Shown here: piece by piece, positions 53,806 through 64,000 of the stretch
Layout of the letters: the number at the start of each line of letters is the position of its first letter
Numbering within the stretch: the first letter of the stretch is position 1
From: Ascoidea asiatica JCM 7603
Taxonomy: Eukaryota; Fungi; Ascomycota
NCBI GenBank assembly: GCA_001600695.1
Contig: BCKQ01000001.1
Span: forward strand, 1,052,632 to 1,116,631
Direction of reading: 5' to 3'
Length of the DNA stretch: 64,000 nucleotides
Position numbers and translations under genes: made by a program
The notes under the pieces: model-generated
Told to the model about the DNA's origin: nothing
Databases searched by the model: none
The model's input: only the letters and a program-made list of their open reading frames with translations

Positions 53806-56800
53806 ATGAGGTTCAAATTAAAGTTACGACAATATAAAGTAAAACTTTCAATTGAAGTTCAAGTTATAATCTTATGTTGTATTGTAACGCTATTCTCTTT
53901 ATTGATATTAGCTTTAATAACAGGTTATTATTTTTCTTCAAATTTATTAACTTCAAGAAGGCAAAGACTAGAAGTGATTGCTCAATTAAAGGCTTCTCAG
54001 ATTGAACAAAGTTTATCTTTAAGTTATTATCAATTATTATGGATAACAAATAATGACTCCGTCCAATTAACTTTAGCTAATTATAAAGCAACTAATGGTA
54101 ATTTATCAGATTCTTCAACAATTGAATCAACTATTGATTATCTTCAAAAATTTATAGATTCTTCTGATACTTATATTCAAGCAAAATTATATGATCTTTC
54201 TTTTGATTTAATTTCTCAAGTTTCAAATAATTCTTCTGATATTGTAATTACTTCTCTCCAGTCATCAAATGATGATGATAATACATTATCTTCATCAAGT
54301 TCTTCTTCAAGTTCTTCAACTGCTTCACCTACTGCCTCAAGTTCAAATTCAGATTCAGACTCAAATTTAAATTCAAACTCAAATGAAACTGTAATAGACG
54401 CTTACTCTTCTTCAGCTTTAAATCAATTATACCCTTTAAATCAAAATATAACATCTTTACCCTCAATAATGGTATCTTCTGCTTTAATTTCTGGTCCTAT
54501 ATTAGATGATAAATCAAATAGATTTATAATGTCTTTTACTTTACCAATTTATACTAATGTTTCAGTATTAATAAAATCTCCAAATTTATCAGGTTATTTA
54601 ACTGTTTGTATAAATGCAGAATCTTTGAGAAATATTGTTAATGATACTTCAATTTTAGAAGCTGGTCAAATGCTGGTTTATTCTGCGGGTTATAATTCAA
54701 ATTTAAATGAAAGTAATGGTTTTCCAAATTTTCAATATTCAATTATTGAATCAACATCGTCTATATCTTCTTCCTCGTTGTTGTCTTCTACTTCTTCATC
54801 ATCCTCTGAATCCTCTTCGTCATCATCTTCATTGATTTCTTCCTCATTATCGTCTTCGTTATCTACAACTAAATCTGGCTCAAAAACAAAATCTACATCT
54901 ACAGATGATTCAAATGATTCTGATTCATCCTCCACCACAAACTCAAAAAATTCAAAAACTTCAACTGTTTCCTCAACTGGAACTGGAACTTCCAATTCAA
55001 CTGTATCTAATTCGGAAAATTCAAATTCTTTTGGTGCAAAAGATGTAGACCTAAAAAATGTTTCAACTCCAACTAATAATACAGTTTTGTTAAAAAGATC
55101 TTCAAAGGATATTAATGAATCTAATAATCAAATCCTGAATTTAATTTCAACTTTTTTAAAAAAGAATTACCATTCATTAAAAAAAACTTCATCTAATTCT
55201 AAAAATTTCAATAAAAAAAAAATTGATTATCCAAACTTAATTGAAAGAGATAAAAGCTCATTTGTATCCACTTCTAGTTCTTCAAGCTCTTCATCAAAAT
55301 CTTCATCAAAGTCCTCCTTAAAATCTTCATCAAAATATCCATCAAGCTCTTTAAGTTCAACTTCCTCTTCCACATTATCTTCCAGTTCCAGTTCTTCTTC
55401 ATTATCTTCTTCTAGTTCAACTTCATCATCTACTTCTACCACAAGCTCTACCTCAGCTTTAAGCACTGTAACATTTACTAATAATATTAATATTAACTTC
55501 ATAAAATATGTTTTTCCCCCGGAAGAAGATACAAGAAATTCTTCATTATTATCAATAAATTATTCTGTTGAACAATATTCAAGTTTAGCAAACTATATAT
55601 TCTATAATAAGTCTGGTTCTTCAACAAAATTGAATACTCCAGATGGTGATAATTATGTTGTCGGATATTCCAAAATCTCAAGTGAAATGGTTGATTGGAT
55701 TGTTTTAGTTGAACAAAAAAGTAGTGTATTTATGGCTCCAAGTCATAAGTTAACTAAAATTATTGTAGGTACTGTTATTGGAGTAGCTATTTTGACTTGT
55801 CTTGTAACTTATCCTTTAGCTCATTATGCTGTTAGACCAATTGTGAATTTGAAATTATTAACTGAAAGTTTCACTTTAGCTAAAAGTAAAAATAATGAAA
55901 ATACTAACGTGAGAGTTATAGATAGAAAATCTTCTGTTCTTACAATGGTTGCAGAAGATTGTCCTGAAAATAATCAATCAATAAATTCAAATAATAATCG
56001 AGATATAGTTAATAATGCTAATTCTAATGAAAAGGAAAATAATTTTCAAAAATCAAAAATTAAAAAAAAATCGAGAAGGATTAATAATATACTAACCTTT
56101 AATTCCTCAAAAAAATCTAGAAAGCATAAAATTTTCAAAAAATTTAATGATAAGAATATTTTGAAACATGATAATCGTTTGAATTCTAAAAAGGAAGAAT
56201 CAAATAATAAGGAAGTTAACCTTCATTTTCATAGACATATTTCTTCAAGAGATATTATTTCTAATAAATCAATTCAAGTTCCAAAACGCCTTAGTTCAAA
56301 CCCAACTTTTGATGCTAATAAAGATCTTACTCTCATTGGAGAATCTCTAAATGATGATAAAGTTCAGAGTTCACCTACGACTGGTCAATCAATAAATCAA
56401 CTCAAATCAATATATTCCATTGATATTGATGATGAAAATGAGATAGGCACTCCTTCAAATATGAATCGTACTATTTCTACAGCCATGGAAATTTTAGGTT
56501 CTGGTCACAGTATTGCCGAGCATGATCGAAATCAAAAACCCGAAAAAAGACCTAACACTTTTCTTTGTTTAATTAAGCCTTTCAAAGTTGAAGATGAATT
56601 AACAGAATTAGGTGAGAGATTTCGTAAAATGATAGATCTTATTGAGTCGCAATATGGCAGTTTAGAAGAAAAGGTTAAAGACAGGACGAAAGAACTTGAG
56701 TTTGCAAAGGTGCAAGCAGAAATGGCCAATGAAGCAAAGACGGTTTTTATGGCTAATATTTCTCATGAAATTAGAACTCCATTAAATGGAATATTGGGAC

Positions 56801-59202
56801 TATGTAATCTTGCAATGGAAGAAGAAAAAGGTTTTATGAAAGAAAATAATATAGATGCTGATGATCTTGAATATACCCTTGGAGAAACTTTTGATAGTTT
56901 CAAGTTAGAAGCTATTGAAGATTGTATTTCACTTTTCAAGAAGTTTTCTACTGATGTTAAAGTTCGGTCCACTAATTCTTTAGATTATTTACAAAGACTA
57001 AACGATTGCAGCGAGCTTTTATATCATTTGCTCAATCAACTTCTAACATTTTCAAAAACAAATCTCAAGAAAGCCAAACTAGAATCTAAGCACTTCACAA
57101 TTTTTTCCTTGTGTAGACTAGTGCAAACAGTTTTTTATCAGAATGCTAGTGATAGAGGGCATAAAGTAAATCTTTCGTTTGTGGTAAATGACGAAGAGTT
57201 TCTTTCAAATTCTCCAAAAGAAGTTAGTCCTGAGTATATAAAAAGATGGTTTAATTTGAGAGATTTTATTTTCTTTTCCGATGACAAAAAAATTATTCAA
57301 ATTCTTATGAATTTAGTATCAAATGCCATCAAATTTACTCCGGATAAAGGTGAAATTGTTGTAGAAGTTAAATTCATTGGCGAGTACGATAAAACTGTTA
57401 AAAATGCGGTGCTTGTAAAGCCTGAATTTGCAATTCCAGAACATTCTGAACTTTATAATCCTGAATCTTCTGAGAACAATACTAAACAAAATAGCGAAGG
57501 AGACTCATTGTCTACATCCTTTATAACTCCATATCCATCTTCTATCTCATCGGAAGATAGTTCAGCCATAGTTAAAGAAACTTTAAATGTCATTGGTGAT
57601 ATTAAACAAGGAGTAGATTTTAGTGATGATGAACCAATAAGTGAAAATGATCTAAAAGAAAACTCAGATGTGATAGAATTGCAGTTGCGTAGGCCAAAAA
57701 GATGGGTTTTTGAATTTAGTGTTTCGGATACGGGTCCAGGAATTTCGCCTGAGCTACAAAAGACAATATTTGAACCCTTTACTCAAGGTGATCAAACTCT
57801 TTCTAGGGCAGTGGGTGGAACTGGTTTAGGATTGGCTATTTCGAAGCAATATGCAGAATTGCTTCATGGTACTTTGTCCTTAAAAAGTGAACTTGGTCAA
57901 GGATCAAAGTTTAGTTTAAGAATTCCTTTATTCCAGAATAGAATTTTGCGATTTGAAAATGAAAAAGATCAAAGAATATATCATCAAGCTCTAACATATG
58001 TCGATATTCGCTCACTTCAAAAAAAGTCAAGAGGTATAAGCTTTAATGAGTTTAACAAATTAAGCGAATTAAGAGATTGTAACAGCTCATGTAACCAAGA
58101 TTCTCATTCCGTTTCTGTTTCAAGAAAAGCTAGTTTAAGAACCTCCATAAAGAATTTGGATATTTTGAATGAAAATAATCAGTTTTCACTTAAAGGAGAT
58201 AATGAAAGTGACTTTATTGCTGATTCACTAAGCTCAACAAGGAGGAAAAAGAAAAGAAACCATGATAATCTTAAGCTCGACCCATCATATTTCAATAATA
58301 ATCCAGTTCTTTTTACTGGTAGTTCTACGGGAACGGCACATTCTAATACCATTTTAAAATTGGAGGGAACTCCTGATAGTATTTCAAGTAATCCATACTT
58401 TTTAAGTCCAATTAATGGTAATACACCGGTTAAATCTGCAACTCCTACATCGTCTGTTGGAAATTTCAGGGTTTCAGAAAAAAAAACAATTAGAGAATCA
58501 CCTAATAGTAAAAAATCAAAAGAGGATCAAGATTCTGCTTTAGAAAAATCTGGTTCTGACTTTACAAAATTGAATAGAAAGGATACCACCAATGGAAATG
58601 ACCCCCTGAATGGAAATGGAATTATAAATGGTAATGAAATCTCAAATAGTAATGGAGTTTTGAATATAAATGGAACTTTGAAAAGCAATGGCATTCAAAA
58701 TGAATCAGATAAGGGAAATGATAAGCTCAAGGTAAAACCCAGAGTAAAGCCTATAGTTAGAGCTAAGCGAAGAATAAGAGAAAAGGAAAAAGAAAAAGAA
58801 AAGGAAGTTTTGTTAATTGAGAAAGGAGCTAAAATTTTAATTGCTGAAGATAATCTGGTTAATCAACAGGTTATCATTCGTTTTTTGGCATTAGAAGGAG
58901 TTAGCAATATTGAAATTGCTTGTGATGGACTTGAAGCGGTAAAGGCTGTTAAAAGACTAATAGATTCTAGAGATTTACCTAAGTTAATATTCATGGATAT
59001 TCAAATGCCTAATATGGATGGACTTCAAGCAACTCAAGAAATTAGAAAATTAGGATTTAAAGATAGCATTGTAGCTTTAACAGCATTTACTGATGAAAGT
59101 AATGTTCAAAAATGTAAAGATTTGGGAATGGATGATTTTCTTTCCAAGCCTATAAAGAGACCTCAATTAAAAAAGATTTTAGTAAAGCACATTCCAATTT
59201 AA
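53806..59202 (+). CDS. SLN1: Transmembrane hybrid histidine kinase osmosensor Sln1, 1798 aa
   Basis: Two TM helices; H-box 'ANISHEIRTPLNG'; N-box 'NLVSNAIKFT'; G1 'DTGPGI'; G2 'GTGLGL'; receiver 'AEDN..FMDIQMPNMDG..KP'. Confidence 0.92.
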   Translation: MRFKLKLRQYKVKLSIEVQVIILCCIVTLFSLLILALITGYYFSSNLLTSRRQRLEVIAQLKASQIEQSLSLSYYQLLWITNNDSVQLTLANYKATNGNLSDSSTIESTIDYLQKFIDSSDTYIQAKLYDLSFDLISQVSNNSSDIVITSLQSSNDDDNTLSSSSSSSSSSTASPTASSSNSDSDSNLNSNSNETVIDAYSSSALNQLYPLNQNITSLPSIMVSSALISGPILDDKSNRFIMSFTLPIYTNVSVLIKSPNLSGYLTVCINAESLRNIVNDTSILEAGQMLVYSAGYNSNLNESNGFPNFQYSIIESTSSISSSSLLSSTSSSSSESSSSSSSLISSSLSSSLSTTKSGSKTKSTSTDDSNDSDSSSTTNSKNSKTSTVSSTGTGTSNSTVSNSENSNSFGAKDVDLKNVSTPTNNTVLLKRSSKDINESNNQILNLISTFLKKNYHSLKKTSSNSKNFNKKKIDYPNLIERDKSSFVSTSSSSSSSSKSSSKSSLKSSSKYPSSSLSSTSSSTLSSSSSSSSLSSSSSTSSSTSTTSSTSALSTVTFTNNININFIKYVFPPEEDTRNSSLLSINYSVEQYSSLANYIFYNKSGSSTKLNTPDGDNYVVGYSKISSEMVDWIVLVEQKSSVFMAPSHKLTKIIVGTVIGVAILTCLVTYPLAHYAVRPIVNLKLLTESFTLAKSKNNENTNVRVIDRKSSVLTMVAEDCPENNQSINSNNNRDIVNNANSNEKENNFQKSKIKKKSRRINNILTFNSSKKSRKHKIFKKFNDKNILKHDNRLNSKKEESNNKEVNLHFHRHISSRDIISNKSIQVPKRLSSNPTFDANKDLTLIGESLNDDKVQSSPTTGQSINQLKSIYSIDIDDENEIGTPSNMNRTISTAMEILGSGHSIAEHDRNQKPEKRPNTFLCLIKPFKVEDELTELGERFRKMIDLIESQYGSLEEKVKDRTKELEFAKVQAEMANEAKTVFMANISHEIRTPLNGILGLCNLAMEEEKGFMKENNIDADDLEYTLGETFDSFKLEAIEDCISLFKKFSTDVKVRSTNSLDYLQRLNDCSELLYHLLNQLLTFSKTNLKKAKLESKHFTIFSLCRLVQTVFYQNASDRGHKVNLSFVVNDEEFLSNSPKEVSPEYIKRWFNLRDFIFFSDDKKIIQILMNLVSNAIKFTPDKGEIVVEVKFIGEYDKTVKNAVLVKPEFAIPEHSELYNPESSENNTKQNSEGDSLSTSFITPYPSSISSEDSSAIVKETLNVIGDIKQGVDFSDDEPISENDLKENSDVIELQLRRPKRWVFEFSVSDTGPGISPELQKTIFEPFTQGDQTLSRAVGGTGLGLAISKQYAELLHGTLSLKSELGQGSKFSLRIPLFQNRILRFENEKDQRIYHQALTYVDIRSLQKKSRGISFNEFNKLSELRDCNSSCNQDSHSVSVSRKASLRTSIKNLDILNENNQFSLKGDNESDFIADSLSSTRRKKKRNHDNLKLDPSYFNNNPVLFTGSSTGTAHSNTILKLEGTPDSISSNPYFLSPINGNTPVKSATPTSSVGNFRVSEKKTIRESPNSKKSKEDQDSALEKSGSDFTKLNRKDTTNGNDPLNGNGIINGNEISNSNGVLNINGTLKSNGIQNESDKGNDKLKVKPRVKPIVRAKRRIREKEKEKEKEVLLIEKGAKILIAEDNLVNQQVIIRFLALEGVSNIEIACDGLEAVKAVKRLIDSRDLPKLIFMDIQMPNMDGLQATQEIRKLGFKDSIVALTAFTDESNVQKCKDLGMDDFLSKPIKRPQLKKILVKHIPI

Positions 59203-59804
59203 ATTACTTTTTGTTCTATTGTTCTTTTATTTTGATTTATTGGTTTGAAAACATATTATTTAAACTAAACCAATTTTTTATTTTTTTTATTTTTATTTCA
59301 TTTCATTAATTTGTATTATATTCAAAATTATAATTTCAAATCAAATCATTTTTATTTTTATTGAATTTTTTTTCGAAGCTTGTGATTTTTTTTTGGCTTT
59401 TTTACTTTTTATATAGAGTTCATGAATTTTTTCCTATTTTAATTGCATTATATTATTCTTTTTAACATTTTTCAATTTCCATTTTTATTAATTCCTTTTT
59501 TTTTTTCAAAATATTATAGATTGGTCTCTAATTATATCAAAAGTATAGTATAGTATAGTTCTATTTGTTTAGTTTTTCAAGAATGTTAATAGTTAATATA
59601 TAAATAAACTACAAAATTTTATCTGCATAAATAGATTGATTGAAAAATTCATTGAAAATTCGTTTATGTTTTATATCAAGTTCATAAAGTTGAATTGATT
59701 TATGTTAGAAATGTAATGTTTGTCTATAAATTAATTAAATAAAGTAGCAAAAAAAATAGGAAATATTGAAAAGGTAAGTATAAAAAAGGAATAAATAATC
59801 TTGC

Positions 59805-60728
59805 TTATAAAGATTTTTCATATTCTAAAATTGTTTGATAATTTTCAGATAAAGCATTCCAAGCATCAATATTCAAATCTGAATCTAAAGGAGATCTACC
59901 AAGATAATTTTCACCGAAACCTTGTAAGAAAATATTTTTTTTAATACCAATTACACCAAATTTAACAACAGATTCTTCACCTTTTGTGATAATAAATTGA
60001 AGTTTTTTACAAGCTTCATAATTACCTTTTTTGAATTCATTAAATAATTTCACATAAATTTTTGGGAAAGCACCACTTAAAGCATCAACAGTACCTTTAC
60101 CACCAATTGATAAAACAGGTAAAAGAATTTGACCTAAACCAGTATATAGATTAAAATTTTTATCTAATTTTGGAGATAAAGATATCATTAAATGATCAGA
60201 AACATCACCATAACTTACTTTACAACCAACAATTTTTGGATGTTTTGATAATTCAACAACAGTATCAGGTTCAATTCTAATATTATTTGAAACACCAGGA
60301 TACATATAAACCATTATTGGTAATGGAGATTGATCAGCTAATTTTGTATAATAATTTATTAAAGATTTTTGAGTTATACCTTGACCATAATAACTTGAAG
60401 GTAAAACTACAGCATAAGTTGCACCAGCATTTTTAATTGAAATAATTTCTAATAAAGCTTCATCAAAAGAATTTTGAACAATACCACCAAGAATTACAAA
60501 ATTTGGTAAATTTAAAGAAGAAATTGATTTAATTAATTGAAATCTTTCATCTCTTGATAAATGAACACCTTCACCGGTTGAACCCATTAATAACATACCT
60601 TTAATACCATTTGATTGAAGATATTTAGCATGTTTAATTGAAGTTTCAAAATCTATAGTTTTATTATCTTTTTTAAAAAAAGTTGGAACTGGAGTATAAA
60701 TTCCTTCTGGAGGTGGAACAAAAGACAT
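59805..60728 (-). CDS. LRA4: DHDPS/NAL-family class I aldolase, L-2-keto-3-deoxyrhamnonate aldolase (Lra4)-like, 307 aa
   Basis: 'GIYTPVPTFFKKD', 'GSTGE', 'VLPSSY', catalytic Tyr 'YMYPGVSNNI', Schiff-base Lys 'IVGCKVS', 'TGLGQILLPVL', 'GTVDALSGAFPKIYVKL'. It closely follows yeast Lra4 as I recall it; substrate not proven. Confidence 0.75.
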   Translation of the reverse strand: MSFVPPPEGIYTPVPTFFKKDNKTIDFETSIKHAKYLQSNGIKGMLLMGSTGEGVHLSRDERFQLIKSISSLNLPNFVILGGIVQNSFDEALLEIISIKNAGATYAVVLPSSYYGQGITQKSLINYYTKLADQSPLPIMVYMYPGVSNNIRIEPDTVVELSKHPKIVGCKVSYGDVSDHLMISLSPKLDKNFNLYTGLGQILLPVLSIGGKGTVDALSGAFPKIYVKLFNEFKKGNYEACKKLQFIITKGEESVVKFGVIGIKKNIFLQGFGENYLGRSPLDSDLNIDAWNALSENYQTILEYEKSL

Positions 60729-61983
60729 TTCTATAATATATTTATAGTTTATTTATTTATTTAATATGAAATAAAATAAATAAAACAAGATGAGATGAGA
60801 TGAGATGAAATAAAATGAACTGATATTAAATGGTAAAAAAATAATAAATACAGTAGTTAGACAAATATATATAAGTAAGTTTAAATAAAAAAAAGAGAAT
60901 AAGTTTCTTATATAACCAATTTTATTTTAATGAAGCTTACATGATGATTTCAATAGAAATAAAGATAATGAAATAGTACATAAGTAAATAGAGATTTTTT
61001 GAATATGTTTTTAGTATGTGAGAATTTATTATTTCATTTTGAATCGAATAAAGAATTGATGGGTCTAAGATTGAAAAATCTGGAGAAATAGGCGTAATTA
61101 TCCAGCGAGAAGTTTGGAGATTGTGGAAATAATTAAAAAAGGTATGAATTAATTGATTGATGGATTAATTGAAGCTCAAAAGTATGGAGACAGTCGCTGA
61201 CATAATCACAACGTCTCCGGTTAAATTGTCAAAAGAAACTAGTGAGAAACTGAAGCTGTGATCGGAAACTATTCAAAAAGAGAACTGCCAGCAGCATTAA
61301 AGTCACGTGGCTTACGTAGCATATTTTTGTTTGCTGAGTCATCTGAGTTGACAAGAAAAGTAGGCAGAAGGAATCTCCTGGTGGTCAGCGGGCGATTGAA
61401 GGACCGAGAGACCAATGAGAGCCAGCAAAAGGCCAGCCAACTCAGCTCCCACCCAGGCCTCTGGTGATCGGAGATATCTCTTCAATAGTCCGCCGGTGTT
61501 GGAAACCAAAACCTCTTTGGCTGGAGGTTCTCTCTTGGTTTCACTCTGGGGTAACGGGACCACTTCTTCACTGGCGGATATAGAAACCCTTCACACAGTA
61601 AAACCACAATAATAATTCAAAGAAATAGAATGATAAAACTTAGAGCGCAAAATTCGCGCAAAAAGGGATTAAACACATTGTGGGGAGATACTTTATGATG
61701 CTAGCAAGTTGCGTCAGTAAGGTTTCGTGTGCCGGCTAAGAGGAGAACCCAAAAGCAAAACAAAGCTAAACTGAGAAGAGCAGAGGATAACAGACAAAAA
61801 CATAGAACAGCAGAAGGAAACTGCGTAAGCGTGAAAAGAGGAGTGGCTGATGATAAAGTGTGACCCGAATATCCGCACAAAACTAAAATCCGGGGTAATT
61901 AAGAACATAATTGGCCCAGGATTTAAGAAATTTCAGTTGCCTGGTCACCTATCTGAAGAGCACCTGGTGTAATTTGTAAATCG

Positions 61984-62074
61984 ATTGATTAATTAATTTA
62001 TTGATTAATTCGAATTTATAATTAATAATTGATGATTAATTGATTAATTGATTAATTAATTAATTAATTAATTT
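61984..62074. repeat. AT-rich (TTAATTGA/TTAA)n low-complexity repeat
   Basis: Runs of attgattaattgattaattgattaattaattaattaa. Confidence 0.75.
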
Positions 62075-63507
62075 ATCAAACAGGAAACATAGCAAAACAA
62101 TGCAAATTACACCAACGGTTTCCTGCTTTGTTCTGGCTTTAATTACAATTTCGACTCCACACCAAGTAATTACCGCCCCCAGATTTATTGTTTTTATGGC
62201 TGGGTTACTACCAGGCGAGTGAACAAGCAAACAAGCACAGGCATTTAGTCTTTTTTTTCCCCTTAATATTTCACCTTTTTCCTGGATAATAGAATTCTTA
62301 TTAGGAAATACTACCTAAGCTTTTTTATCATTTAAGGAAAATTTAAAGGAATATTAAAGGAATATTAAAGGAACATGGAGCAAATATGGAGAAAATAGTG
62401 AGTAGACCTACTATTCTCATAATCAAAGCCATAATAAAAGATAGACTCATAGTCATAATTTTAGGGTGTAGACTGTATAACCAGCTTCTTCTAGAAATAT
62501 GAGCTTTATAGTAGGCTCTAGAAACTTGAAGGCCAAAATAATGATCTGATTCTTATTTCTTTTTATATGAAAGCTAAGCACCAGTAATTAAAACAATAAA
62601 AGAAAAAAAATTTAGTTTAATTCATCTTCATACTGGCACTTAAAACCAGTTAGAAAATTGAAACTGAAAACATCTTGATACTTGAGTTTATGAAGTCAGT
62701 GATTTATTCTCTACAGAATATTCACAAATTTACCTGTACTTTAAACTTTTCATATTCAGCTAAGTTCAAATAATATTCAACTAACATCTATACTGTTATA
62801 ATAGTAATCTTTGTTTTGATATTCATCAGCGAATTGAGGAGTGTCATTTTATGACTTAAAAAAAATCCCACTTTAATTTTTTGAGTGTATTATTCAAAAC
62901 TTTTTACAAGAAATTTACTAACTTTAGTAACTCTCCTTTTATTTCTCTGTATTGTAAATAATTGTAAATAATTAAATGATTAACTAATTAATTAAATTGA
63001 AAGCAAAAATTGAATTTATTATTAAAATCTGCTTCTTTCAATCCTATTACTTATTCTATAACTTTATTCTTTATTATTTATTTCATTTCCGTCACAATTT
63101 AAACTGAATTTATGTAAACTTTATGAAGAAAAAGTGTTCACTTTTCAATTAAATACATTAATATTATTCCTTACAATTATTATGCTTAATTATATTTTAT
63201 TATATATCCATTCAATATCCATTTAAATAATATTATTATATCATATTATCTTACAATTCTAAAAGATATTCCTTTTAAATTTTACTTCTTCATTTGTGTT
63301 CTAATATTATTCCATACATTCTAATTTTATAATAAAAACTCGATAATTTCGCGATATTATTAAATCATCGACTTTTCTTTATTTCTTTACCACTAATTTA
63401 TTAATTCTATTAATTTCTTTTCTTTATTATCTATCCATTTAATATTCAATAATATCCATTAATATCCATAAATATCCTTTTAAGACTTATTTCTAATTCT
63501 ACTTTTA

Positions 63508-63905
63508 ATGGCTATTCTAAATTCTCCAATAGATAAAAAAATTAAACTAAATAATGGTTCCTCATTTCCATCTTCTAGTTCTAATATTTCTACAAATATA
63601 AATCCTTTAATTCCATTACATAAAGTGAATCAACTTAATAAAGTAAATTATTCAAATAATTCAAATTCCATAAATTCAATCAATTCTAACAATTCAAAAA
63701 TAACCAGTAATACTCTTAATTCTATAAATTCTATAAACCAAGTGAATAAAAATACAATAAATCACAAAAATATACGTAGCAATAGTAACATCAAAAGTAA
63801 TAACAATATAAATAATAGCTCCAACAATAACAAAAATAAAAATGGAAATTCTACTAGAACTAATAATCTTGATCTTAATAATCTCGACGTCTCAAATATA
63901 GGGTC

Positions 63906-64000
<95 letters not shown>
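63508..64000 (+). CDS. 5' part of an Asn/Ser-rich protein running off the window (not in the ORF track); function unknown
   Basis: ATG at 63508 opens a stop-free frame (MAILNSPIDKKIKLNNGSSFPSSSSNISTNINPLIP...) for 164 codons to the window edge in very AT-rich DNA. Confidence 0.75.
63907..64000 (+). repeat. Perfect (AAT)n tract, at least 31 units, in frame as poly-Asn
   Basis: Visible directly; truncated by the window end. Confidence 0.95.

Noticed and set aside
54732-55502. Acidic minus-strand ORFs (54732-54995, 55227-55502)
   Set aside because: They are reverse-complement readings of the SLN1 poly-Ser tracts.
1-64000. tRNA, rRNA or snoRNA genes
   Set aside because: No cloverleaf, box A/B or rRNA-like sequence was recognised by eye; small ncRNAs cannot be excluded without tRNAscan-SE or Infernal.

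Overview
AT-rich, low-gene-density budding-yeast (Saccharomycotina-type) chromosomal segment with GTATGT...YAG spliceosomal introns, Asn/Ser homopolymer-rich proteins and short GC-rich intergenic islands. I read about 18 protein-coding genes: LDB19/ART1; two tandem ACS1-type acetyl-CoA synthetases; a 57-aa Cys-rich microprotein; TMEM19/DUF92; an intron-containing HIS1 homologue with degenerate catalytic motifs; an FCY2-type permease; a pogo/Fot1 transposase-derived gene that has lost its first catalytic Asp; a C2H2/Fungal_trans transcription factor; an NCS1 permease; an aldo-keto reductase; a YIM1-like reductase; an intron-containing ARO8-like aminotransferase; a thymine-hydroxylase-like 2OG/Fe(II) dioxygenase; a hydantoinase A-DUF917 fusion; BEM1; SYS1; SLN1; an LRA4-like aldolase; plus the 5' end of an Asn-rich ORF. 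The best candidate for an undescribed system is a co-regulated catabolic gene cluster at about 26.8-45.2 kb (TF, NCS1 importer, dioxygenase, hydantoinase-DUF917, aminotransferase, reductases). Its three promoter regions share a GGTGGGC(A) motif that I did not find in any other intergenic region of the window. The other strong leads are the domesticated transposase and the HIS1 pseudoenzyme. All family assignments come from motif recognition and recall; no database search was run.
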